DNA of 64,000 nucleotides from contig JAYWIR010000023.1 in NCBI GenBank assembly GCA_036172245.1, positions 868,001 through 932,000 of the forward strand, in the 5' to 3' direction. The translations under genes and the position numbers were made by a program. The notes below the pieces were generated by a model, which saw only the letters and a program-made list of their open reading frames with translations, was not told the origin of the DNA and ran no database searches. Source of the stretch: Raillietiella orientalis (taxonomy: Eukaryota). Below, in pieces: positions 14,601 to 30,894 of this stretch. Position 1 is the stretch's first letter. Each line of letters begins with the position of its first letter.

Positions 14601-15631
14601 GAGACCATCACGATGTGAGTGGAACAGATAGTCCTTACCGTGAGACATCGAATATAAACGATGGTTCAAAGTTCACTGCTGGTGAGCAAATATACTTGAA
14701 TACACTTACATGTATATACATATATATGTATGTATGTTATACGTATATATAAAGCGAAATTCGATTTGTTACGCGGCAACACGCAAAAGTTGAGTAAAGT
14801 AGCTGCATGTGGATTTACAAGGAACAGCAGGGACAAACGGTTTAATTAGATATTGTATAATTTTCATAACTCCAAAGTGCCTCATTAGACACTACTATGC
14901 CTTTGAGGTTTATTACCATCGTCGGTTCTTCTAGGATTTTTTTTTTTTTTTTTTTTTTCCGGCATTTTGCCGAAAAATCTCAACTCCAGTCTGAGAACGG
15001 CTTTCGAAATTCTACGAAAACTGTAGATTAGTCGATTCGTAAAAGTGTTACTTTTCTCACAGAATGTGACTTTTCGAAACCCTCCGATAGTGCTCCATAT
15101 TTCTTCTTGAGCACTTCTGTAATCCTGAATTACCCACGGATCAGGCTACTGCCACAGATTTGCAGCATTTCAGACAATACTGTTTTCATTATTATCATTA
15201 TTGTTTTTTTTTTCTTTTAATAACGATATTTTCAGATATGGCAGTGCAAAACTGCATCGGTGACTCATTCAGAGGAGCCACGTGGATCGCTCTGCACAAC
15301 GGTGGGGGAGTAGGCTGGTAACGTACTTTGGCTTCGTAAGATGGGCGAAGTTTGAATTTGTGTTGCCAGGGGAGAAGCTGTTAATGGAGGATTTGGACTC
15401 GTGCTTGATGGATCCCAAGAAGCAGAAAACAGAGCAGCTCTCATGCTAAAGTGGGATACCAATAATGGTATCGCAAGAAGGGGTTGGTCTGGAGATCAGA
15501 AAGCCATCGATTCCATCATGAGAGCAATGATTGAAGATCGATCCCTGAAAGTTACTCTCCCAAACCTGGCTGATGATTATGCCATTGATTTAGCAGTAGC
15601 TAATTACAACGCATCATCTGATAAGCCATGA
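2674..15631 (+). CDS. UROC1: Urocanate hydratase (urocanase), 12 coding exons
   Basis: Exons 2674-2799 (MQDLSAIFQGLPVEPLPPPRKRSDLLAHAP...EVK), 11482-11766 (LALRNALRYFP...ELVTYGGNGQVFSNWAQ), 11813-12003, 12059-12125 (YGQMTAGSYCYIG), 12966-13109 (TSGLGGMSGAQ), 13167-13451 (SDQTSCHN), 13500-13711 (WDYGNAF), 13756-13871 (GFGPFRW), 14271-14446, 14582-14681 (SRDHHDVSGTDSPYRETS), 15236-15317 (HNGGGVG), 15370-15631. All introns GT-AG, frame continuous, collinear with animal UROC1. Confidence 0.97.
3594..3611. repeat. (CTG)6 microsatellite in UROC1 intron 1
   Basis: ctgctgctgctgctgctg read directly. Confidence 0.85.
4813..5210. repeat. Long inverted repeat (~180-bp arms, ~35-nt spacer) in UROC1 intron 1
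   Basis: 4813-~4994 is the near-perfect reverse complement of ~5029-5210 (cattgtgtgctttttcagttagtgctcttccttgagatgg... / ...ccatctcaaggaagagcactaactgaaaaagcacacaatg). Confidence 0.95.
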
Positions 15632-15797
15632 ATTCGGAGCTGTAAACCCTCATCATCTTTTTCATCAAGCGTAATCCTGCTCCTCTTGGACCTGGGCTGC
15701 TAGTCGGCATGACATTCGAAAAACAAATGATTCTGGGCAAGGAACAGTGGCGCCTGATTGATTCGGTGCTCTTTATCTGTTTTGTTTGCTCATCAAA

Positions 15798-15803
15798 AAT
15801 AAA
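15798..15803 (+). promoter_or_regulatory. Candidate polyadenylation signal of UROC1
   Basis: First AATAAA ~170 nt after the stop codon. Confidence 0.5.
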
Positions 15804-18800
15804 AGCACGTACGAAACGAACTCTTTACGAACACGCCGAGCCGTGCAACCAGGGAGAAAAATTTACGTAGATAGGAAATGTTGATAAGTACGCTGAGGGC
15901 GCTGTTAGGAGCAGCAAACAGATGTTGCATCACGAACTTTATGGATCTTCGGAAGCGTTGCCTTCTCTCCTCTCAGCCTCGATCTTTGCCACTGGGCATC
16001 CACGCAAATCGAGGGTCAAGTTCCTTGCCTTCCTTCCTTGACGACCAGTTCTTGAGATGAAGAGATTGGCAAACGTCGAGAAACTGCAAGGTAATTCGCA
16101 CTGATGATAGCAGTTTCCTCATTCCCCAGGACGCATTTAAGGCGATGCATGATATGTTTAGAATACATGTGTTTCCTTGGTAGCTCTACCTGTTTGTTTT
16201 CTAAGCTGCAGACCTCGAAAAAGTCTGACTGATTTTGGCTGACCTGAAGTGAGCAGTGCTGAGAATGCTGATTTTTCGCCACAAAGATTGTCATCTGTTC
16301 TTTGACGCACTGGCTTTCCAATTGAAAGACCAACAGGGAAATGAAAATATCGACAGATCCACCGTTCGTGGATCTATCATTCGGTGAAGCGAATCAAGAG
16401 TTGCGTATTGGGATGAAGCAATAAAGAGGAGAAGGCTGTTTAATTTTGTGATCCCCATTCTGGGAGGCAGCAAGGGCGAGTCAACTTTCATGTCCGAAAC
16501 CGGAAAAACGAACGGAAAAATCCGATCTCCAATTTCGGAGAGGAATCCTTGAAAACCCTGAGGCGCTCAGCATCGCCGTGGTAGATGATTCTGTTATTTG
16601 ATCGCGATGTGGCTAATTGACCCATAAAGCTTGCAAAATGAATTTACTTTTCCATACTTTTCAGGATTTTTCTTTTTTATCTTTGATGCTTTTCCTTGTC
16701 CCCTTCAATAACAACTTTTGTTTTTTCTTCTAAGAGTTCCCACCCTTACAATAAAATTGGAAATAAATTACTGTTATTTTTTTTTAAGAGAATATAATGG
16801 GATGTCCCTCACTCCAAACTCTGGTTTTAAAGGAGCATTTAAAAGGAATTTCAATTGGATTATGATTAGTAGTTTCCCAATATCTTAAATCCCATCACCA
16901 CTTACTCTTACAGCTTAGACAAGAGTTCTTTCACTTTGTGTCTGAAAGGTCTTTGCTGTTATTTAACACGGAACTATCCGTTCTGGCTGTGATCTAAGTC
17001 CAACTTGGAAGAAACTGAGATAGACATCTCAGAGAGGATGCGAACAATCCGAATTTCGACATTGGTGTAAAGATGGTAAATATTATGGCTCCTGTAACAA
17101 GAGCCTCTGCTGCTGTCTCTGACCGTTTCACAATAGCACGCATTCCCAGCGACTGGCACCAGTTAAAACGGAGGAAATGTGGAGGAGGAAGTAGTAATGG
17201 CGTGTAAGAGCAGAGTAAGTGGAGTTTAAGGAACCGTGAGAAGACGGAAGACGAAAGAAGTAGGTCGTTTTGATGGCATGGCCCTGATTATTTTAAAGGA
17301 CATCCGCAAGGCAGGCTGAATCTATCTCTGAAGTAACAGTCAGTGGATTCTCGTGCTTATAAATGTACACTGGCGGAAATGTATACATTTTCTGTAGGCA
17401 TACTTTTAACTATTATCGCGGCTTTGATGCGTTAACGATCCGCTGTGGTGATTCTTCGTTGGTGGTTGGATCTAGTTAGAGGTGTCTCTAGCTGCTCGGT
17501 TTGTCTTCTGGGACATCGTAAGAAAACCATGAAACTGAATCCACGAAGTTCATGGCAAAGTGTGGGACTCATTCTGAGCATCACCTCGAATCAGCCCCAA
17601 GAAAGGAGCATTCTGTTTGGGCGGTCTCTGATTGCAATGTGACCAGTCCTAGAGAAGTGCCTCTGAACTTATTCCAAACTGGATGAAAGATGTCTCCAAA
17701 TGAAGTTCAAAAGGTGAGGATGGTAGGCTTCCTATAAGCCGTCGAGTCACGACGAGCTTTGATTCTGAGGAACAGGAAGAACAAGGCAGGAAAAATGTCT
17801 GCAACCGCTCTGGAAAAAAGGTCAAATAGCCGGTATAACTTCATGAAGAGGTGATGATTAGTTGTCGGAGTGACAGTATTAGCTGTGTCATTATTATCAA
17901 TATTAGTATGACAATGACAATATTATTTTTGCCGACAGAATTTCCAGTACTGAGTACCAGCATACATTGTCCTGTTGGACCAATGGAACCAGGATTTCTA
18001 TTTTCTTTTTTTTTCTCCCATACGCAGCCCTCAACATCAGTCTGAAAACAAAGAATTCTCTGCTTTATGGCCTTTGTGTACTGTTATCCCTAATAAGCTT
18101 AAAAATATAAAAAATCTGTTTACTTTCTTTGTGAAGAGTATTGCAAAAACACCATATATCCTAAGGTGACTTCTTAATTGTATGCAGCATCCAAAAGCAC
18201 GATTGTTTATATGTGCTTGGAATTCCCAACACTTTAAGATGAATTTCCAGCCAAAATTTGGGACGCCATTCACTTCGTCCTCTGCTTCCTGAGGAGGGCA
18301 GCAAGATATTCCCACCCGGGCTACATGCAGCAGGAACTTGTCGGTATCCTTGGAAGCATGCATAGGATATGCCCCTCCTAGCAGAATGCGATTCCTTCCC
18401 CTCAAACCCCAAAGATATCTCTATTCACTTTGGTTCATTTTTCTTTCTGTGTGCTCCTCTGCCTTCTGTTGCCGAAGCGACTCCCCAGTCCTCGTATCCA
18501 AATCTCGACAGGTCCCCTGTTCTCTGGCCGTGGGAGGAGCGAGGGCCCTATTGCTTCTTTTGTAATGCATCTCTGTTTTTCTTTAAATAAATGCTTCAGC
18601 GCACCAGGGTGAAAGTCCAGCCGAAAATGCCAGCTGATGCTTTTCTGGTCTCAAATGCTAAAAGGCTGTGTAGCATCGAAGTGGTTGGCTAAACTGCCTA
18701 CGACTCCTGGCACAGCCCGCTTTCACAGTTTCAACTTTCGCATTCCTCACTGGCTTTGCAGCTACAACCAACAGGTTTGATGGTTTGGCTGCAATCAGGA

Positions 18801-21800
18801 ACGCATTCGGAGGTACATGCAGAAACTTCAGAACACTCATACCGAGTTGCACAAGGACAAGGGCAGTTGGTCTTCCCTCATCCACGAATGCAGGCATACG
18901 CAACGCAGTCTCGAAAAAATTTTGTGCTTCTAAGGTTCGAAAATCGGTTAAAAAATAGACAAATGTTCCCAATTCAGACCCTGCCAGTATCAAATCCGAA
19001 GCACAGTCATGCCTCGTTGTGAAGCATCATTTTTTAAGCAAAGTAAAAACACTATAGTATGAACTGCAAAAAACAGCAGCCAAACTCGATTTGCGCCTGT
19101 GATGAGTACCGAAGTACAATTTGTTGCAGTAGTAGAGCCATTCACAAGCGACAAGAGAGACAAGAGAAAGCATATCGGATAGAAGACGTATCTTGTGCAT
19201 TATTCAACAGTCCTGTAGAATGGAACTCCTTCTTAAGGGCACGGAGAAATTCGAACTCTTCAGTTAAAATGCATCTGAGTAGCCAGCGATTTGGAAGCAA
19301 ATTGCTTTTAACAGTTCCGGAGAATTAAAACCAAAACCATGCCATCAGAACGACCTACTAAGAATACTTTGCGTCTCTTGCAGCAATTAAACGTGTTGAT
19401 TGAATGCGCAGTACATGATTTAGTGATCAGAGAATCATTGATCACTTTATACACGTCAGGTCTTTAGACCAAAGATTTCACATCCGGCTGTTCCAGGAAT
19501 GATGAAGCAACGAAATTCTGAGCTATGATTATGGATTTGTTCAAGACAGTGGTTTGCCTTCTCCCTTTCTTTTTTCAACTGGGCGGCAGCGTAAAAATGG
19601 TTGTTATTCAAGAGCAAACATGAAATAGCTTTTTATGAAATAATGAAAAAAAAAAAAAAAAACATGAAATGATCTTTTATTAATAAGTGTTCTTCCTGAA
19701 CAAGGCGTTTCTACCCTACACAAAGATTGTATGCAACACGGTTTTTATTAAAGAATTCCACAGAGAATTAACTAGAGCTTCCATGGACTGCAAAATTCCT
19801 CACGTGACGTACTCTGAAAACCACTGGTTTAAGAGGTTTATTCGTGAAAGTGGCCAACAGGTTCGATCATCTTACACTTCTTTACGTTTCCCTTTATCCC
19901 TAAGCATGACTCCGTTCCATTCACAACTACTTTACTCTGTAAGCACTGAGGAGCTCATCCCTTAAGAAATGCGATGATCTCTTGTGAGAAAGAGGAGATT
20001 AAGGAATCAGCAGAATAAGAATGCAAACCTACTTTCCACTCCTTTATGAATAGTAGTATTAATCACCTGATTATGCTCCATTTTAATCTGAATTGCTGAG
20101 AAATCATTTCACCTTGGGTACAAAGATTTATTTCTATTCTATTATGTTTGTCTGCCTTTTATATCACTTCTTATTCATTGATTTTCTGAAAGTTTGTATT
20201 TAGCAGACTAATTCGAATATATAAGTCCTCAAGATTCACCTTTTTATTTCCAGAAAGCATCTGAAAGGAGGTGGAGGGATTTCGCCTTACCTATAATTTA
20301 TCATGGGGAACACGACGAAACCAATTTTCCAAGAATCCCTTTTCTTTGTTTCTCTGGTCCCCAGTCTAACGGGGACCAGAGACACGTAATGACAGTCCAA
20401 CGATCCTTTGTCTCTCAAAAAGATAGATCAACCAAATATAAATTTCCTTTATTTTAAGCCTCTTTTCCGTATTTCTTAACCATTTTCTCGTAATGATTAT
20501 GAGAAAATGGCTGAGAAATCTGTACATTTCTTTCCATTTTGGAAATTCCTTCTGGAAATCTTGGAAATGACGCGATTGAAATCCTGGACAACTTTGCATC
20601 CGTTTCCTTGGAGCTAGAGTTGTCTAAAGCATTTACTAAAATTCTATGCACCCTTGAGGAATCTGTGCCTGTGACTAAGATTCAGTGCTTTGTTCATGCA
20701 ATCGTTGAAGGATTTCAGTTAAATGGGAACCATAATTATTTTGATTATGTGTCATAGTTGAATCCCTGCTTATCATGCTGAGGAATGATTTTTTTTTTAT
20801 AACTACGGACACTTATTCCCCTCCGTTGAAATATTAGTTTAGGAGTTCATCGTAGGGCACTCCCTTACTCTGGTATATTCCTCTACAGTAAAACTTCTAA
20901 GCTGATCCCCAAGAGTGTGCACTCATTGCAAAATCATTCCACTTCTCATTATCCACAGATAACTTTTTTGTGTATTTTGGATGTGGAATTGTCGAAATTT
21001 TTGTGATCACGAAGATTTGAACGAAGCAAAATCAATGGGATCTAGGCAAGACACTAGTAGTAATGCGTGATATTCCTCATGAATGGAGAATAGAGCAAGA
21101 AAACAAATGCATTTTGAAAACGATTTTACAAACGGGAAAACAATTGCTAGTATGAAGCAGATTGGAATAAAACCTAATTCTAAAATTCTCACATTCGCAA
21201 AATGATACAAATACAGGGCTACCTCAATCACAGAACGATACCAACTCTGAAACTCATGAAGAGTGGTATGTGCGTGAGGAATTTTAAAAGAATCCTCCTT
21301 CACAAAAGATAAGGGTGCATATAAAACTTGGCATTCCATTCAGCAAGTACTAAGCCAGCACCCCATATGAATGCTAATGTGGTGAGGTACTTATCCACAC
21401 AAAATAAAGTTCCTCAAAGTGGAAGAGCAATCAGATGCCATCATTTGCTTTCAAACTCGAGCCTTAACTGTATTAGGATCGGTAATCTTAATACAGTTCA
21501 GCAATAATTTAATAACCACCTTACCTCCACGAAGTATGATCAGATTGTACGTTACAGCAATAATTTTTCCATACATAAGCGACATAGTCTTTTCAGTACT
21601 TTACTGATTATTCATTTATATTTGACAGTTGTAGACATTTAATAACCAATCCTTGACATTTTCAAGCATAATTTTGCATCTAGTACATGGTTTTGAATCT
21701 TTGTTCCCTGTCCAGCTAGATTAACGAAGATCGCATTCAAAACCAAAACAGAGAGAGTACTAAAACTTTTCCTTTCTTGAGAATAAAAAATAAAAAACTA

Positions 21801-23138
21801 ATATCTCTTAGAAAAACACATCTTTTGATGAGCTACGTTTCTAAAACGATCTAAATTAATCTAATTTCAACGAAAGCTCAAAACTACTCAAAACAGAAGA
21901 ACAAGAGAATTTTGCTATAAATACAAAATGAAAACTCCTATTTCTAAAAGAGTTTTCAGTTTTAAAGTATTTTAATAACTCAATATGGCCAAAAAAAGTT
22001 CTTGAAACAATCTAAAATCATTTAAACACGAAGGAAAGTTGCAAGGGTTGCATTTTTATTTAAGCCTAATATAAATATTTGGTACTAAATAAGAGGACAA
22101 CTTTAATTTAAATAAGCATCTCCATATAACTCAACAAAGAATAAGCATTTTAAATGCAAAATGATACCACGAAAGTAAAGGGTTTTTTTTAATTTATTAA
22201 CATTCTATTATTCGTCTACAGTTATCTATTTTCTTTCTGCATTATCGTATTAAATACAGAAACATGAAAAATTGACATATCTATTCGCCTTATCAGCTTC
22301 ATTTTCCACTCTGGAAAAGTGAATTTTGCATCCATTCTGATAAGATGTAAAGCTATTAAGTTTTGGAAAATTCCCTACAGTATTTCTCATAAGTACTATG
22401 GTTATCAAACCCCTTCGAAAATCAAATGCTGAATAGTTGTATACATGAAACTGAAAGTCTATAAAATGAGAATATAGTTAAATCTAAATAGTTATATTAA
22501 TTGAAATTGTAGTGACATTTAACATTTTCATCATTTGAAATTCTATAGATTAGAAGCATTTTTATTCTATAGAAATAAAATTTTTCAGTATCACTAACAC
22601 AAGACGTAAATAGGTGATGATGAGCTCTCTCTGTCTATCTGTGTGTGGGGGGATGTAAAATTTCTCACAGTTGAAAGTATTATAAGAAATTTTTTTTTGA
22701 AAAGTGTACGAATAGTGTAGCAATACGAAGTGTTCGTATTGCCTACAAAATTGTTCAACACCACGAAAACTTTCACTACTATTTCCAGAATTTTTTTTTT
22801 TTTCATAAAAACAGGTGCATTTTGAAAACACGAGTTTCACCATGAATCGAATAGAAATTAAGATACTTGGAAATTAAGGAATTTGGAGGAAAGCAAATTT
22901 TAGAAAAGTGCAGATAGCCCCTGTTTCGTCGAAATTCTGTTAAAGACGGCTTTCCGGGATTATATGTATCATGTGAAAACTGGATGTGCTCTGATTCTGT
23001 TAAGATGTGTTCTGAACATTATCTGCGTTTCATAAAGAATAATTGTGTTGCAAACTCTCGGAAGTAACAGTTGAGGTAATCTGGAATATATTCCATTGTC
23101 TGCGAATTGTAGCTGAAATGTAGTTCACAGACAAAATA

Positions 23139-26059
<2,921 letters not shown>

Positions 26060-26659
26060 GAAGAAAGTTGTTGGTGATTTCTATGCCAAAGAATTCCCAC
26101 TATGCTAAGGCAGAAAAAATGCTGATTGCAAGAGTTGATTGCTTTTGCTTTCCTCCTGCATTGTGTGTCCTACCTTAAAAGATCACAATGAAATGAATCA
26201 CCAGAGTTTGCGTTTTTTGGTTGATTTCTGGTTGATTATGGCTACAGATGCAGTATGGTTTAATGTGGGATTTTGCTGTAGTTACTGTTACAACTGCAAT
26301 CCAAATTTGCATGTTAAGTGTTTGAAAACTGCTATTTAGCATATTGCTATTCACAGTGAGAAAAGTTGCACAAGTCTAATTCAGTTGATAATGGAAACTA
26401 CAAAGATGTGCTAAACACAGTGAGCCAATAAACATGCAATTGCCATCTCTGTCTTATGTTCACAACTCGGTTTTTGACCACTTGAGCACAGAAACATGTT
26501 TCTTGTTCAGTTTAGCATTTATAACTGATTAATGATATGGGTAATTTACACCATATATCAGCAACATACAATCATAAGCATCTTCTAATAACTAATTGCT
26601 GTTCTGATGATTACTCAGTGAAAGTATCTAATCTTTTCCACACAAAAGTAGCATCTACT

Positions 26660-26790
26660 ATGGGTTGATGGAAATCGAATTGCGAGAATGCCTTTCAGTG
26701 AGCACTTCAAATATTTATCGGTTTACTTGTAAGCAAGCTATCACTGGAGCACATAAATTTCCACATGTAGCTTCCAACAGGAAACTGGGT
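26660..26790 (+). mobile_element. Possible highly decayed LINE RT-thumb remnant
   Basis: Reads WVDGNRIARMPFSEHFKYLSVYL*ASYHWST*I, resembling the FKYLG region of LINE RTs. Single motif only. Confidence 0.25.
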
Positions 26791-27299
26791 AGTAACAGAT
26801 TTCAATGTGCAGCATGTCATGCTTTGATTCAACAAGCCTAACATCACTTCAACAGATTTCTAACTTGTCCGTTGTAAGCACCCTATTTATAACATATTCA
26901 AAAGCTAACCTGTATGCAATCAATTTACCATGCTTTCCTTTGGGAAATTATTGCTCAACATGCCTTTTGCTCACATTACTTTGGAAATATTCAACGATGT
27001 TCACGAAGTTTATTCATCTCGTTATCCCGAAAAAGAGAATCTATGTAATCTAGTACGATTGATTATAATATATTATAATACAAAGTTAGAGCAAATAACT
27101 TACAGTATATGGTTGAAGAACACGCAGGTTGATATGAACTTAAACCGAATAAACATTTAGATATGCAAGAAATATAGTTGCAAAAGTGCATGAAAGTTGT
27201 GATGTGTTCAATAATAGGTTACAGTCAGCAAATTGCACTTAATATGCAGGATGAACTCTGGACGAAAAAGGGTTTTAATTACAACAGCTGCGTATTATA

Positions 27300-30200
27300 A
27301 GACCTAAGATATGCGAAAGATAGCGTCTACACCCTAGGGTCCTGAATGCTGCAGCGCATTTCTGGGTGATATAATCTTTCAAGCATGCAGTACTACCGTC
27401 CATTCAACAGCCCTTTTGGTGCCTGAGGGCAATGACCATTCCAAGCATTCCCACATCTCAACTTGAACTTCGCGCGAATTAACAACTTAAATGTCTGTGT
27501 GCTGCCTGCTGCCTTATGATATGTGTGCCGTGTTAGTACTCGGATCACCGTGGGGCATAACGCTGTTTTCCACCACGTAAGTCGCGGATTTGCAACAGCC
27601 TGCATTGCTCCAGCCACCATCCCATTCAGTAGTGTGGACTGCTGAGTTGCAACCGTCCAAAAACGCACCGCTCGGCACGCCAGGCTGGAAGCATCGTGGT
27701 GGGAGCAACTTTGGAGATCTTTCCATAGTAGCAAACTGAATTACCTCACAATTCGCTTCAGAACGTTTTGAGGGGGTTCGTGGGAGAAGTTAAGCAAGGA
27801 CTACTCCTTCAGGACAATTTCCCCAGTTTCTCCATCCGTTATCAGCTCTTCTTGCATAGCCCATTCATGGACGAGATAGATGCTCGGCATGAACTTCAAA
27901 GCGCAAAGCGGAGCATCCAGATTTTCCAGGTCTCGTTGATCCTCGGATACTTCATTAATGTGGAGTGTACCGTGTGGGTATTCCAGATGGGTGATATTCT
28001 TCTTATGTCTGGAATGTGTTGTTGAATTCCATTCCCATCACTACTTCAACAACCTATTCATTTCCATTTACTTGCGGAAGGAAGACTTCACGTTTGCGAA
28101 CAGTAATGCATTAATAAATCATAAAAATTAGCCCGGTAAGGAAAACGAAAACTAGATTATTGGCTAAATTCTGTTCAGCACCGTAAGTTCGCCACTCATT
28201 GGTACGTGGCCGCTCAATCTCAGAAGCTCGTTCTGGCAAGCGAGGAGGATGCACTGCACAGTTGCTCGGAAGATGACATGATATGCGGATTCTCATAGGC
28301 ACTTGAAGATGTCCATCAGGATGATGAGATCACGTTGGATTCAGAGGATGCAGCACGGATGTACCTGAACGTGACATAAAAACAAGGATATAATGTGCCC
28401 GGAACTGAAACAGGAGTTCCAATGGGATAAGAAGATTCGAAAGCAGATGAAATCAACAGCGATAAGGACGTGCTGCCCTTCGAATCCTCTGCTTGGGTCT
28501 GTGTTAGTTTCTTTATTCCTTCTGATCACTCTTGGGCCATTTGCTCTGCTATGGGACATAACTGTCCCCGTCTCTGCTAGACAGGTTGTACTCCTTGATG
28601 GAGAGGGACCTGTAGGCAGATGCGTTTAATAGCAGGCATTCCTACAGGAGTCAGAAATATCAAGTCTTCAAGGACAGCATTTCGATGATACCTTTGCATC
28701 TCTGGCATTGGATTCACACCAGGACCTGAGCTACGCTGGTGGTTCTCAGCTCCTGAATCGAATCCTGCTGTTTAGGAGTGGAATCAAGCTATCCAGTTCG
28801 CTCCTATGGCAGCAGCACCTCAAAGAGAATGAGAGGTTGGTGAAGGTATCCTTACCGATGTCCGACCAGAGGGAATAACATAGTGAGAAGAGAATAACCA
28901 TGAAAATCAGGGCAACAGGGGCGCAGGATCTTGCACGAAAGTTCCACTAGGAAAGGGACTACGTCTGATTAATGTAGGACTTAAATATATCTCGCTAAAC
29001 CCTCGACGATTACTTTTGTAGACTTGTGGGCGATAACCCGGAAGTTTTAGATATTAATCCGCTGAGAATGGTGACTCGAAGAAAAGAAAAATCCACTAAA
29101 ATAGAAATTCAGGGAATTTCACCAGATCAACTGAAGGAGGAGGTTCATGAGAAGCATCCTCATGCCAAATGATGTATCAGCATCGAGGAATTGGACTGGT
29201 ATTTTCAAGGATGTTTGAATCCATGAAACCTGTATACACATCCTTGTCTAAGAATACCTGAATCAGGGGAATAGACTCGATCTCCCCGCTTGATCCAGCT
29301 CCTTTAGCAAAGAACGAAGTAACAATAATTCTTTGGAATGGAGAGAATTCCTCTCATGGAGCCAGGAGAGTTACATCCATTGGTTGATGGATAATTGATG
29401 GGGAAACTGAAATGGAAATCAAAACCTGTTTAAAACCTATTTAAAGAACAAAGCAATTTCAGGAGCCTGGGAGCACACCATAACTGCCTCCCCAATCCTG
29501 TAAACATTGAAGGTTTAAGGCTGATTTCGATAGGATGTGAGTACAGACTTGTACGCTAAATCCCTCTAAAGAAGGTTTCAGAAATGATCGCTAGACAACC
29601 ACTTCATCTGTCCCAAGCAAAAAGGCTTTTTCCATTTGATGGCGTCCTGTAGCACAAACTCTTTTTTCTGCTTTATGTGGATGGCATTAGAAGGAAGTTG
29701 AGGGATGTATGCACTGAATTCATAGATCTAGCAAACGTTTTCGGAATAATATGCCCATGAAATACACGCAGAATGAATGGTCAGAGAATGTGGAATTGAA
29801 ATTCTTGACAATTATTGAGGAATGGTATCGAGACGCATCCACCTCGATGCAGTCGGATTCTCAGACTATATGATGCATCAAGATTCTTTGAGGAATAAAA
29901 CAGGGATTCCCTCTTATTTTGCTACTCTTTAACATCTCTCTAGAACCGTGCTAAGGAAGGTGAAGGAGTCATTTGGCACTATTGCACTTTTGGCATACAC
30001 AGATGATCTTGTGATCACTGCAGTCAGAATGATCCCTTCTGACTTGCCTCTGTATGTTGGAGGGCCTCGATCAAAGAGCGGACTTTACGTAACTCCATGA
30101 AAGTGCCACTCTTGTGTTATGCATCAGCAATTCCACAATGAACAAGAACAGTGTCTCGCATAAAAGAAATGATCCACCCATCCTGGAAACATAGCAAGTT

Positions 30201-30480
30201 TACGAACATCTTGGCCAGACGTTTGGAATAGATCTGATCAACACTAATTCAACAAAGATCTGTGGCCAAAGAAGGGATTCAGGACAGGGAGCTCCCTGCT
30301 TCGAAGATGGATGCTCTAAACAAAATTCTTTCCTGCATTAGTACTCTTCAAAGAATTGGAGCCCTTTTGGGAGACGGGATAGCTGGTCTTATATTGGCCG
30401 GAGTGACCGACTCCCGAGGAAGGCGGCCAACGAACACTCGTATGGACAACTATCAGTTCAACTGACATCCCAGTGCCAGT
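27300..30480 (+). mobile_element. Decayed R2-superfamily (NeSL/Utopia-like) non-LTR retrotransposon, many stops and frameshifts, no C-terminal nuclease seen; boundaries approximate
   Basis: Ordered RT motifs on +: ICPKQKGF.PFDG (~29605-29645), FIDLANVFG (~29720), GIKQGFPL..LLFNISLEP (~29890-29948), ALLAYTDDLVI (29984-30016), K-ATL-like (~30100), YEHLGQTFG (~30200), KMDALNKIL (~30305). Confidence 0.75.
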
Positions 30481-30894
30481 CACATGAAACGGGATTTGAC
30501 CCTAATTCGGACAAAGTCTTCGTGTTTTCAATTTTTCTTTCGGATCTTAAGGTGTTCATTTTTATCTTCAGGAGAAGACAGAATTTTTTATTCATTGCTG
30601 AGGCTTCTCGGCCTTTATCGATAAATGTGAAACTAATGGGAATCGAAAGCAATTTTCCTGTTCTCGAGATCACTTTTGAACTCCATTAAATTTCATACTG
30701 CATGTTTCCGGATGCAACTTACTAAAACATTACAACCTGTTGCACACATATAACCTGATATTTCCAACAAATTCACTTAACCCAGGAAGAAAAAAAAATA
30801 CAATTCTAACAGATAAAAAAAATTAATGAAAATTTATTTCATTGAAAGCGGAAAGCTAATAATCTTTATTGTATATCAACTACGGGCTTGGCGA

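Noticed and set aside
21170..21390. Minus-strand WGAGLVLAEW and FANVRILELG resemble METTL21/FAM86 methyltransferase motifs
   Set aside because: Different frames, no splice sites that join them, and no GxG continuation; chance or an unrecognisable relic.
30540..30555. 16-nt identity (tcggatcttaaggtgt) with spectrin exon 8 near 38048
   Set aside because: Does not extend; about one such match is expected by chance in 64 kb.
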